NCBI GenBank assembly: GCA_018397065.1
Contig: JAGTRI010000002.1
Span: 23,746 to 87,745 of the forward strand
DNA: 64,000 nt
Origin: Candidatus Bathyarchaeota archaeon
GTDB taxonomy: Archaea; Thermoproteota; Bathyarchaeia; Bathyarchaeales; DTEX01
Direction of reading: 5' to 3'
Shown: positions 52,806 to 61,857 of the stretch, piece by piece
Layout: each line of letters begins with the position of its first letter
Numbering within the stretch: position 1 is the first letter of the stretch
Notes under the pieces: generated by a model
The model's input: only the letters and a program-made list of their open reading frames with translations
Database searches by the model: none
What the model was told of the DNA's origin: nothing
Translations under genes and position numbers: made by a program

Positions 52806-53530
52806 AGTTCTACGTGGATCTGCATCTTTGTCCGCAGGCAAACAATTTTTCTTATGTTAACGAAATGGTGGAAAAAGCCGCTGCATTTGGATACAAAGCA
52901 GTAGGAATTACAATGTCATCCAACACGACCACGGAGGAAATCCAGAAAATAAAGGAATTATGCAGCAAATTCGAAGTGGATTTTGTGTCAAGAATAGATT
53001 TAGCTCCGAAAAGTGCCGGAGAGCTGCTGAAGAATTTACGGGATCTTAGGAGAAAAGTTGAGATCATCGCTGTTGAGTGCACGTCAAAACAGGTTGCTAG
53101 GCAAGCTGCTAAGGACAGAAGGGTTGACCTAATTAAATTTCCCTTTGTCAACCCCAAGAAACGGTTTTTCGACGCGGCGGAGGCTGAGCTTGCTTCTGGA
53201 TCTTCAGCTTCGCTTGAGATTGACATGGCGTCACTGTTGACACTTCAAGGGTTCAGAAGGGTTGTCTTACTTTCTTCACTACGTAGGGAGGTTCAGATCG
53301 CGAACAAGGCTCACGTGCCCGTGGTTTTGTCAAGTGGTGCTGATGATCCAATTTTGTTACGAACAGCTGATGACTATTGTTCACTTGCCTACCTTTTCGG
53401 GATGGAACACTCCGAGGCGAGGCAGGCTTTTTCAAAGAACCCTAAAGCCATTATTGAACGAAACAGAATGAAACTTAGCTCAGAATTCGTTGCCCCAGGA
53501 GTCTATGTTGTCAGGAGAGGAAAAAGTTGA
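52802..53530 (+). CDS. rnp3: RNase P protein component 3 (Rpp30)
   Basis: FYVDLHL start, PHP-like TIM barrel of 242 aa, 4-nt overlaps with both neighbours. Confidence 0.8.
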   Translation: MKFYVDLHLCPQANNFSYVNEMVEKAAAFGYKAVGITMSSNTTTEEIQKIKELCSKFEVDFVSRIDLAPKSAGELLKNLRDLRRKVEIIAVECTSKQVARQAAKDRRVDLIKFPFVNPKKRFFDAAEAELASGSSASLEIDMASLLTLQGFRRVVLLSSLRREVQIANKAHVPVVLSSGADDPILLRTADDYCSLAYLFGMEHSEARQAFSKNPKAIIERNRMKLSSEFVAPGVYVVRRGKS

Positions 53531-53853
53531 CTAGGTATGTTAGACGCCGCTACATCGCTGTAAAGGTTGATGGTAACAAAGAGTTCGATGGAAAAGAAGC
53601 TTTCGACGCTGTTTGGAATAGCCTAACAAAGCTTTTCGGCGAGCACGGAGCCAGCCTAGCAGAGTTATTTCTTATTGAGTATAACCAAGAAAAAAGGCAG
53701 GCTGTTTTCCGTTGTTCGCATAAAGCCTTGGATTTGGTTAAGGCATCAATAGTTGCTGTGACAGAGGTTGCTAACGAAAAGGCTTGTCTCCAAATTATCA
53801 AGGTTTCAGGAACTCTAAAGTCTCTTAGAACAAAAACAGCAAACCTGCCATAA
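53527..53853 (+). CDS. rnp2: RNase P protein component 2 (Pop5)
   Basis: RRRYIAVKV N-terminus. 108 aa, directly follows Rpp30. Confidence 0.75.
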   Translation: MTRYVRRRYIAVKVDGNKEFDGKEAFDAVWNSLTKLFGEHGASLAELFLIEYNQEKRQAVFRCSHKALDLVKASIVAVTEVANEKACLQIIKVSGTLKSLRTKTANLP

Positions 53854-53917
53854 AGATTTTAGCTTGCCTAATTCTGTTTTTACAGAAAAATTCACATAGG
53901 TTGGTTAACCTTATATT

Positions 53918-55108
53918 ATGTGCACGTTTTGTTTGGGGGCGCCATTAGTGAAGTACCGTAAATTTGGCAAACTCGGCTTTAAAGTTTCAGTCTTAGGGTT
54001 TGGAGCAATGAGGCTTCCCGTCGTTGGTTCAGACCATTCTAACATTGACGAACCGAAAGCAATTGAAATGATGAGGTACGCCATCGATCACGGCGTGAAC
54101 TACATTGACACAGCCTATGGCTATCACGGTGGAAAAAGTGAAGTTGTCGTAGGCAAAGCTCTTATGGATGGCTACCGCGAGAGAGTTAAACTTGCAACCA
54201 AGATGCCTACGTGGGCTGTTAATTCCCAAGACGACATGGACAGAATTCTCAACGAACAGCTAACCAGGTTGCAGACCGACCACGTGGACATCTATCTTCT
54301 ACATGGTCTTGGAAAAGAGAGATGGGAAAAAATGAAAAACCTAAACGTGCTTGAGTGGGCTGAGAAAGCTGTTGCAGACGGCAGGATTAGAGGTTTGGGA
54401 TTCAGCTTCCACGACGAATTCGAGGTTCTCAAGGAAATCATAGACAGCTACGATAAATGGGTAATGTGCCAAATTCTGTACAACTATATTGATCAAGACA
54501 GGCAAGCAGGAACCAGAGGCCTAAAATACGCAGCTTCCAAAGGCCTAGCGGTTGTCATCATGGAGCCAATAGGGGGAGGAACATTAGCCGTCACTCCGCC
54601 AAAAGAAATCCAAGCCATCTGGGATGAAGCGAAAACAAAACGGTCACAAGTAGAATGGGCTCTCCAATGGGTTTGGAACCACCCTGAAGTCACCGTCGCC
54701 CTAAGCGGGATGAGTACAATGCAACAGGTTGTCGAAAACATAAAAAGTGCTAACCGTTCAGGCCCTGGAAAACTAACCAAACAGGAGCTGCAGATAATTG
54801 AAAGAGTCCGGCAGAAATACGCGGAGTACGGTTTTATAGGATGCACAAGCTGCAGGTATTGTATGCCTTGCCCGAACGGCGTGGCTATACCTGAAATCTT
54901 CGCACTATTCAATCTTCATTTCACGAAACGAGGAGACAGAAACGCAGAGCGAGAAGTCGCAAGCAAATACATGGAAACAGTAGGCAAAGAGAAAGGTGTA
55001 AAAAACTGCAAAAAATGCGGAAGATGCGAAGAGCTTTGCCCCCAGCACCTTCCAATCCGAAACCTGCTTGCAAGAGCAGAATGGACCTTCGAAAGACCAC
55101 CTCAATAA
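53918..55108 (+). CDS. aldo/keto reductase with C-terminal 4Fe-4S ferredoxin-like Cys clusters
   Basis: LGFGAMRLP, IDTAYGYHGG and DIYLLHG. C-terminal CTSCRYCMPCP and CKKCGRCEELCP. Confidence 0.9.
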   Translation: MCTFCLGAPLVKYRKFGKLGFKVSVLGFGAMRLPVVGSDHSNIDEPKAIEMMRYAIDHGVNYIDTAYGYHGGKSEVVVGKALMDGYRERVKLATKMPTWAVNSQDDMDRILNEQLTRLQTDHVDIYLLHGLGKERWEKMKNLNVLEWAEKAVADGRIRGLGFSFHDEFEVLKEIIDSYDKWVMCQILYNYIDQDRQAGTRGLKYAASKGLAVVIMEPIGGGTLAVTPPKEIQAIWDEAKTKRSQVEWALQWVWNHPEVTVALSGMSTMQQVVENIKSANRSGPGKLTKQELQIIERVRQKYAEYGFIGCTSCRYCMPCPNGVAIPEIFALFNLHFTKRGDRNAEREVASKYMETVGKEKGVKNCKKCGRCEELCPQHLPIRNLLARAEWTFERPPQ

Positions 55109-55146
55109 TCCACAGTGTTTCCACAGAGCCTATATAAAGAAAAAAA
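55109..55146 (+). repeat. copy C of conserved TCCACA-repeat/TATA element (core 55119-55145)
   Basis: TCCACA at 55109 and 55120, then GAGCCTATATAAAGAAAAAAA. Confidence 0.9.
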
Positions 55147-55227
55147 TCTTCAACACGCACTGAAGCTAAAGAAAACCACGATTTCTCAAAAAGGCATAAA
55201 TAGAATCTTGTCTCTTTGGGTTAACGG

Positions 55228-55713
55228 TTAAATTTTTCTGCTCATTATGTATGCGTCTTCGCCATCTGAGTAGTATCCTTTGATTGTTCGTTCAATCTCG
55301 AACCCAGTTCTCTTGTAAAGGTTCAGAGCCACAGTGTTGCTTACTCTTACCTCGAGAAAACAGCTTTTAACATCATAAAATGTGGACATGGCTTTCAAAG
55401 CCTCCTGTATTAAGGCTTGTCCAATGCCGAGATTTCTACTCTCAGGAAGTACAGCTATTGAGATTATGTGCCCCTTTTTAACGATGCCAAGCGGTCGGAG
55501 GCTCATGCCAGATAAGCCGCTTTCAATTCTGCACATGATGTAGCCAACAACTACGCCGTCTTTTTCAGCCACTATGAATGTTTCAGGATACCTCTCATAA
55601 AGGTCAATAAAGAACCCGTTAGAATAATTTTCAGGTAAACAAACTTGGTTAATATAAACAACCTGATGCAAGTCTTTAGGCTCAAACTTTCGAAGCACAA
55701 ACTGAGATGTCAA
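55228..55713 (-). CDS. rimI: GNAT N-acetyltransferase, RimI/Ard1-like protein N-terminal acetyltransferase
   Basis: ISIAVLPESRNLGIGQAL acetyl-CoA motif. 161 aa. Confidence 0.85.
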   Translation of the reverse strand: MTSQFVLRKFEPKDLHQVVYINQVCLPENYSNGFFIDLYERYPETFIVAEKDGVVVGYIMCRIESGLSGMSLRPLGIVKKGHIISIAVLPESRNLGIGQALIQEALKAMSTFYDVKSCFLEVRVSNTVALNLYKRTGFEIERTIKGYYSDGEDAYIMSRKI

Positions 55714-55787
55714 ACAGACCCAGCTTCAACAAGTTATTTTCCGAAAAAAGGGGAACCAGGAAAGATTTATCCTTTTCTCAACCCTCT

Positions 55788-57107
55788 TCAATTCGCAGTC
55801 TTAATTTGAGGCACAGTCAAGGTTCCATTCGGAACAAACAGCACTTTTCCGTTTTTCCCAGCAATGTCAGAAGCGTAACGGTAAGCCTCGTTAGCCGTCC
55901 TTGCGCTTTTGATGCTATGAACCTCAGCGAAAAGGTAGTCAGGTACAACCGAGACAAGGAACAATTTAGTGGTTTGAAAACCTGATAGTAAATAGTAAGC
56001 CATTAACTTGCCTAAGCTGAAGTTTCTTTTTAAATCCTTCTCCAAGACCTTAGGATCGTTGTACCTCGATAAAGCTGCAACGAAATCAGCGTTTCCAAGC
56101 CCATAAGTACACTCAGCTACCAAAACTACAGACTTTCCTCTCTTACATAAATTCGAGGCTACATCTAAACATCTGCAAGCCTCAAAAAAGCTAGCGTCAA
56201 AAGGAAACCCGCCTGGACTTAAAAAAACAACGTCAGCCTTATTGTCAATGGAAACTCTGCAAATTGTGTCAGCAATCTTAACAGCTTCTCTAAATGAATC
56301 TTCAATACCTCCAGCGAAGGCTTTAACAACCTCAAACCCACCGTTTCTAACAATGTTCAAGCCGAAGTCTACTCTGGCAAGCCTTGCAGCCTCAACAGCT
56401 TCCTCATAAACAGGGTTACCATCCACAGTTCCACGTTCAGCCTTGCCATCCAAAGCGAAAATGAAACTGCTTCGAACTGTTTCAAGGTTTGACACGCCAG
56501 GTAAGACTAGGTCTGCGCCGCCGCTGTAACCAACGAATGGATGAGGCTCAACAACTCCCGCAACAACCTTTACATCAGCCTCAGCGAAGGCCTTGTTTAC
56601 GAGAACCTCTGTTCCTCTGGAGGTGCGGCCAAAATTCGTGTACTCAGTCTTCTCTGGATCGTGACTAACAATCTTAACTCTTGACGAAAGACTGTCTCCA
56701 AGAGTTGGCATTTGCTGCCAAGATGGAAAATCGTGAAAAGGGTCATACGCAAGAATTACCGTAATGTTTTCGTCTTTCACCCCGGCAGAGCACAGTTCAT
56801 TCAGCAAAGATGAAATCATCATCTGATTAATTGAGGTGTCAGAGTCTTTAAGGACCAAAGCCACCTTGCTTTCAGGCTTAGCAATCTCGGCTAGACGCTT
56901 AGTTCCCAAGGGGTTAGCCAAAGACAAATCGATTTCCGACTTGGGATTCTTAGCTGGTTCTGCGTCGTTTGGTTCCACGATTTTAAGCAAATTCTGTGTC
57001 GGAACTCTTACGCACACCTCAGTTTTCCCATAGGGCAGCCAAACCTCAACCAAAACTCGCCCGCTCCTGCTGATGGCTATGTGTTCTACTAGAACCAATT
57101 TAAACAT
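55788..57107 (-). CDS. larA: LarA-family nickel-pincer-dependent 2-hydroxyacid racemase/epimerase (DUF2088)
   Basis: LPYGKTEVCVRVPTQN N-terminus, HDPE.., GVVEPHPFVGYSGG. Confidence 0.8.
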   Translation of the reverse strand: MFKLVLVEHIAISRSGRVLVEVWLPYGKTEVCVRVPTQNLLKIVEPNDAEPAKNPKSEIDLSLANPLGTKRLAEIAKPESKVALVLKDSDTSINQMMISSLLNELCSAGVKDENITVILAYDPFHDFPSWQQMPTLGDSLSSRVKIVSHDPEKTEYTNFGRTSRGTEVLVNKAFAEADVKVVAGVVEPHPFVGYSGGADLVLPGVSNLETVRSSFIFALDGKAERGTVDGNPVYEEAVEAARLARVDFGLNIVRNGGFEVVKAFAGGIEDSFREAVKIADTICRVSIDNKADVVFLSPGGFPFDASFFEACRCLDVASNLCKRGKSVVLVAECTYGLGNADFVAALSRYNDPKVLEKDLKRNFSLGKLMAYYLLSGFQTTKLFLVSVVPDYLFAEVHSIKSARTANEAYRYASDIAGKNGKVLFVPNGTLTVPQIKTAN

Positions 57108-57137
57108 AACGAACGACTGCCAAAAAGAATAGGCATT

Positions 57138-58064
57138 TTATTGATATTCCTTGAAAAACCGACCTATTTTCTCAGCTAGTAAAACCGAAGCGGTCTTCTG
57201 CGCCTCCTCTGTCTGAGCTCCAATGTGCGGCGTACACACAACATTTGGCAACCGCACAAGTTCTAGGTTCACAGGCGGCTCAGAACAGAAAACGTCTAAG
57301 CCTGCGCCGCCAAGTTTTCCAGACTTTAAAGCTTCCAACAGCGCATTTTCATCTATGACGTTTCCCCTTGAAGTGTTGATTAGAATTGCACCTTTTTTCA
57401 TGAGTTTAAATTCTTCTGCGCCAATCATGTTCGACGTTTGCTCAGTAAGTGGAACATGAACTGAAATTATGTCGCTTCTCATAAGCAGCTCTTTTAACGG
57501 AACAAACTTGGCATCAAGCAAGTCAAGTAGTTCTCGGCTTGGAGGAGTACGTTTCGTAACAAGAATCTTCATCCCTAATGCTTTAGCAATCTTTGCAACC
57601 CTAGTTCCAATGTTTCCAAGACCAATTAAGCCCAAGGTTTTGCCCTTAAGCAATGTACCCTCAATCTCTTTCTTCGCCCATTTACCTTCTTTTAAGCAAT
57701 GGTCAGCGTACGAAATTTTCCTTACGAGATTCAACATTAACCCGATGGTCAATTCAGCTACAGAGTCAGCTGGAGCTTCAGGAGTGTTCAAAACCGCTAT
57801 GCTGCGCTTCTTTGCGGCTTCCAAGTCTATGTTGTCAATGCCCGCTCCAACTCGACCAATGACCTTTAATCGGCTTCCTTTTTCTATTAGCCGCGCTGTC
57901 ACTTTGGTTCGGCTTCTAACTATAAGTGCATCGTAGTCTTTGATGACTCTTTCCAGCTCAGACTGCTCAATCGAGGGTAGGACATCAACCAAAAACCCGT
58001 ACTGCCTGAGCCTCTCAACACCCTCAACATCGACGGGGTCGCAGACAAGTATCTTGACAGGCAT
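57138..58064 (-). CDS. D-isomer-specific 2-hydroxyacid dehydrogenase (SerA/GyaR-like)
   Basis: GLIGLGNIGTRVA NAD motif, INTSRG, and TPHIGA with the catalytic His. Confidence 0.9.
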   Translation of the reverse strand: MPVKILVCDPVDVEGVERLRQYGFLVDVLPSIEQSELERVIKDYDALIVRSRTKVTARLIEKGSRLKVIGRVGAGIDNIDLEAAKKRSIAVLNTPEAPADSVAELTIGLMLNLVRKISYADHCLKEGKWAKKEIEGTLLKGKTLGLIGLGNIGTRVAKIAKALGMKILVTKRTPPSRELLDLLDAKFVPLKELLMRSDIISVHVPLTEQTSNMIGAEEFKLMKKGAILINTSRGNVIDENALLEALKSGKLGGAGLDVFCSEPPVNLELVRLPNVVCTPHIGAQTEEAQKTASVLLAEKIGRFFKEYQ

Positions 58065-58193
58065 TTTTTTTCTCTCAATCTCGACGTTTCCAAATCATCT
58101 ATTAATTTTCTCTTATAGCCTTTATTGTTCAATTCGCCGTAATCAATGCATCAACACATAGGCAGAGATTGAGAAATAATATATTCTGGCTTA

Positions 58194-59165
58194 GTGATAA
58201 CTTTTTTATTGAGACCAGAAATGTTAAGGTTCGGAGTAGACCTAACTATATGGCCTTGGGAATACCAGACTTTCGACGAAATTTTAGAGTTTGCTCAGCT
58301 CGCTGAAAAATTCGGCCTTGACTCTGTATGGATGTCAGACCACCTCATGTACACGGTTCCAAACAAAGGTTCACTGGAAACATTCTCTTCTCTGGCAGCT
58401 GTTGCTGCAAGAACCAAAAAAATTACGATAGGAACAAAGGTCGTCTGTGCGCCTTTTCGGCATCCCGCACTACTCGCAAAAGCAAGCGTAACCCTAGACA
58501 TAATTTCCAACGGCCGCTTTGTGCTAGGAATCGGCGCAGGCTGGTTTAAAACCGAGTTCGATGCCTACGGCTTTCCGTTTGATAAAAAAGTAAGCGTAAC
58601 ACGTGAAACTGTTGAGATAGTCAAGATGCTTTGGGAAAGGGACATTGTGAACTACGAGGGCGAATTCTTCAAGATAAAGGACGCCTCTTGTCTGCCTAAG
58701 CCAGTGCAGAAGCCTCACCCACCAATATGGATTGGCAGCTCAGGTCCACGCATGCTTAGATTAACTGCTAAGCTTGGAGACGGATGGGTAATACCGAATC
58801 CTACTGTAGAGGAGTTTAGGCAAAAGCTAAAAACGATAAAAAAGCACGCACACAAGATGGGCAGAAACAGTGAGGCCATCGAGGCTGCATGCTATGTCTA
58901 TGCAAGTTTGTCAACTAACTCTGAAGAGGCTTGGAAAACCGCTGAAGAACAAATTTTGCCTGAAAGAAAACGAGCAATCGGGCCTAACTTGACTTTGGAA
59001 CGCCTTGGAGAAATCTGTTTTATTGGAAACCCAGATGAATGGATAGACCGAATCGAGGAATACGCTAAAGCAGGAGCGGACCACATAATTGTGAAAATCG
59101 TCCCAACAAACCACGAAAAATTAAGACTCTACGCAGAAAAGGTAGCACCATACTTCAAAGAATGA
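58194..59165 (+). CDS. LLM-class (luciferase-like) F420/flavin-dependent oxidoreductase (probable start ATG 58221)
   Basis: FGLDSVWMSDH and GRFVLGIGAGW. Confidence 0.88.
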   Translation: MITFLLRPEMLRFGVDLTIWPWEYQTFDEILEFAQLAEKFGLDSVWMSDHLMYTVPNKGSLETFSSLAAVAARTKKITIGTKVVCAPFRHPALLAKASVTLDIISNGRFVLGIGAGWFKTEFDAYGFPFDKKVSVTRETVEIVKMLWERDIVNYEGEFFKIKDASCLPKPVQKPHPPIWIGSSGPRMLRLTAKLGDGWVIPNPTVEEFRQKLKTIKKHAHKMGRNSEAIEAACYVYASLSTNSEEAWKTAEEQILPERKRAIGPNLTLERLGEICFIGNPDEWIDRIEEYAKAGADHIIVKIVPTNHEKLRLYAEKVAPYFKE

Positions 59166-59275
59166 ATTGTTTAGATCTGAAAAGTTATAGTATTCACTTC
59201 GTTATCGTCTTTTTTAAGCATCAATTTGTCAAATTTATAATATCAAAACAAAGTTTGCCGGTGCATCTTTAATCT

Positions 59276-59791
59276 TTATTTCCCGTGTTCCTGTGGAGCG
59301 GCAAGCTTGACAAAGAAATTGGCTTGTGCGGTCAGTGTTTCATAAGATGCTACACCCGTATACTTTCCTGGAAGGCAATCAGCCGGTATTACGCAGGAGT
59401 AGCTATAGAAACCGTCATTATTTGTGGTTGCATTGAAAGTTTTTATTACTGCTCCGCTGGGATTCGTCACATGCAACAATATTGTCTTATTAGCTATATC
59501 TTCTCCGCCTAGAGCTCCTGCGAAGGTTACGGTTTGGCCTCTTACTTGCGATTCTGGAACGGCAGATACTGTCAAGCTTGTTTTCGCCCAGGAACACGGG
59601 AAAAAGTAACAACGAGAAAACCAACCTATAAGGAACCCTATTATGAAGATAAAAACAACTAATAATACAAGCTTCTTTCTAGTCCATTTTTCTTCATTAT
59701 TTGAAACGGCTGTTAGATGCCTAATCATCTTGACAAGTTGATAATAAGATATTTTGGATATAATCTGATCAGGCGTCAATCCAGCCTGCAT
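59276..59791 (-). CDS. hypothetical single-pass membrane protein with Ig-like/carboxypeptidase-regulatory-like beta domain
   Basis: TM helix LVLLVVFIFIIGFLIGW followed by a beta-rich domain (GQTVTFAG..TNNDGFYSYS..PGKYT). Confidence 0.5.
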   Translation of the reverse strand: MQAGLTPDQIISKISYYQLVKMIRHLTAVSNNEEKWTRKKLVLLVVFIFIIGFLIGWFSRCYFFPCSWAKTSLTVSAVPESQVRGQTVTFAGALGGEDIANKTILLHVTNPSGAVIKTFNATTNNDGFYSYSCVIPADCLPGKYTGVASYETLTAQANFFVKLAAPQEHGK

Positions 59792-59885
59792 CTATTTTTT
59801 CACCAAAAACATCATCAAAATGATATTGATTGTGTCCTTATATTATTTTCCATCAACTTGCCATGACGGATCCAGAAATTGTATG

Positions 59886-59961
59886 TGGAGCCTCGGGCGG
59901 GATTTGAACCCGCGATCCACGGCTTACGAGGCCGTTGCTCTAGCCGCTGAGCCACCGAGGC
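59886..59961 (-). tRNA. tRNA-Thr (anticodon CGU) with genomically encoded 3' CCA
   Basis: Minus strand reads GCCUCGG..ACGGC CUCGUAA GCCGU..GCGGGUUCAAAUCCCGC CCGAGGC U CCA. Confidence 0.93.
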
Positions 59962-60107
59962 AAACAGGCAAATAGTTAATGATTTCAGGGTCCAAATGAA
60001 CCTTTTGTCGCCTTCATATTTAACAGTTTTTTATGTAAAATTCAATTTACTCGGTATGAAGATTCTTTAATGACGGAAACCACTAATCAATAAACTGAGG
60101 AGTATTT

Positions 60108-61097
60108 ATGAGAAAGGTTAGCGAGCTCGGAGAAAGAAAAGTAATCCAAGCCATCATCAACTGTTTAGACAAGATGCCTGAGATGCCTATTCCATTCGGA
60201 GACGACTTGTCAGCAGTTAAAATAGGCAAAAACGCATTAGCCGTTGTGAAGACGGACATGCTTGTCGGAAAAACAGACGTTCCACCAGGTATGAGCTTAA
60301 GGCAGGCAGCGCGGAAAGCTGTTGTCATGAACGTAAGCGATTTTGCAGCTAAAGGCGTTAAACCCTTAGCAGCGTTAGTTTCTCTTGGTTTGCCCAAAAA
60401 TTTCGACGAAGAAAACATAAGGCAGATTGGTTTGGGCTTAAACGAAGGTGCAAGGGAGTACGAAGCCTACATTATCGGCGGAGACACAGGCGAAGCCTCA
60501 GACCTCGTAATAAGCTGTTCGCTTTTCGGGCTTTGCGAAAAACAGATTTTGGTTAAAAGAAGCACAGCCAAACCAGGAGACATAGTTGCAGTCACAGGAG
60601 AATTCGGAAAAACAGCTGCAGGCCTGAAGATCCTTCTTGAAAAATTGGATGTTCCAGAAGGAATTCGAAGACCTTTAACTGAGGCTGTTTTCTGGCCTAA
60701 GGCGCGGCTTAAGGAGGGCATAACGCTGGCAGAAGCAGGATTTTTGTCGTCTTCAATCGATTCCAGCGACGGCTTAGCGTGGAGCCTTCATGAACTTTCA
60801 GTTGCCAGCAACGTCGGGTTCAAAATTGACTTTGTGCCCTTAGCATCAGAAGCCTTAGAGTTAGCCAGATTATTTAATCTTAATCCGCTTGACCTTGGAC
60901 TTTACGGCGGCGAAGAATACGAGCTAGTTGTCACGGTTAAACGTGAGCTTTGGGATAAGGCGAAAAAGGCGATGGAGAGCCTCGGAGGTAAACTAATAAG
61001 AATCGGAGAAGTTGTTGGAGAGAAAAAGCTGATTGTCAAAATCGACGGAGAAACCACGCCGATAGAGCCTAAGGGCTGGGAACACTTCAAAAGTTAA
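60108..61097 (+). CDS. thiL: thiamine-monophosphate kinase
   Basis: GERKVIQAI, FGDDLSAV, KTDMLV, NVSDFAAKG and IIGGDT (AIR synthase-related fold). Confidence 0.9.
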   Translation: MRKVSELGERKVIQAIINCLDKMPEMPIPFGDDLSAVKIGKNALAVVKTDMLVGKTDVPPGMSLRQAARKAVVMNVSDFAAKGVKPLAALVSLGLPKNFDEENIRQIGLGLNEGAREYEAYIIGGDTGEASDLVISCSLFGLCEKQILVKRSTAKPGDIVAVTGEFGKTAAGLKILLEKLDVPEGIRRPLTEAVFWPKARLKEGITLAEAGFLSSSIDSSDGLAWSLHELSVASNVGFKIDFVPLASEALELARLFNLNPLDLGLYGGEEYELVVTVKRELWDKAKKAMESLGGKLIRIGEVVGEKKLIVKIDGETTPIEPKGWEHFKS

Positions 61098-61157
61098 GTT
61101 TTTTGATCAAAAAATTTGTAATATAAAGATTTGTGGTTCACTCAGCCGCTTTTACGA

Positions 61158-61853
61158 TTACTTCTGCAGTTCCTTCAAGGTTTCAATTATCTCTGAAAGT
61201 CGTGTTATCTCGTACATTGCCTTTGCCCCCGGCTTTACCGGCTCTTCAAGAGCTGAGTCTCCCTGTCTTATTCTAACCGTGATGATTCCAGCTTCGTTGG
61301 CATACTGGATTTCTTTATTCGGCCGGCTGCTTACATAGACAGCTTCCTGCGGTTTTACAACCAAGTTTTCAAGACATTTCGCGAAATGTTCCACGCCGAG
61401 AACATTTGTTTCAAGGTCTTCAGCTATAATTACGGTGTGAAACAGGTGATGAACACCGAGCTGTATGAGTTTCTGCCACTGTTTAACTGATCTTCCGTCT
61501 GAAACTATGCCTAGCTTGTATTTTTGGTCTCTGAGCTTAACCAAAGTTGGAATTGTGTCTGGGAATGGTTTCAAGTAAACATCACTTGTTTCTCGGTAAG
61601 CAACGACTCCTGCGGCTATGACTGCTGGGTTCCACCTTAACCCTAATCGGTCAAGCAAGCTGTCGAAATGTTTAGTGTAGTGCGGTCCATACTTAGCCAC
61701 AATCTCTTCGAGAGTCTTGTAACCTGTCTCCAAATCTATGGGAAGACCCGCCTCAATCATGGCTCTAACAGCATTTAGCCTCGTCATTCTCATCTGCAGA
61801 GATGAATCGTACAATGTGTCCTCAATATCGAAAATTACAGCTTTTATTTTCAT
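61158..61853 (-). CDS. HAD-superfamily hydrolase
   Basis: AVIFDIEDTLY motif I, GIVSDG motif II, and a C-terminal acidic motif. Confidence 0.85.
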   Translation of the reverse strand: MKIKAVIFDIEDTLYDSSLQMRMTRLNAVRAMIEAGLPIDLETGYKTLEEIVAKYGPHYTKHFDSLLDRLGLRWNPAVIAAGVVAYRETSDVYLKPFPDTIPTLVKLRDQKYKLGIVSDGRSVKQWQKLIQLGVHHLFHTVIIAEDLETNVLGVEHFAKCLENLVVKPQEAVYVSSRPNKEIQYANEAGIITVRIRQGDSALEEPVKPGAKAMYEITRLSEIIETLKELQK

Positions 61854-61857
61854 TGTT

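Noticed and set aside
60040-60100. Possible C/D-box sRNA upstream of thiL (ATGAAGA ... ATGACGG ... CTGA).
   Set aside because: The boxes are imperfect, no D' box is present, and the spacing does not fit the 12-nt guide architecture. The region is more likely the thiL promoter and SD region.
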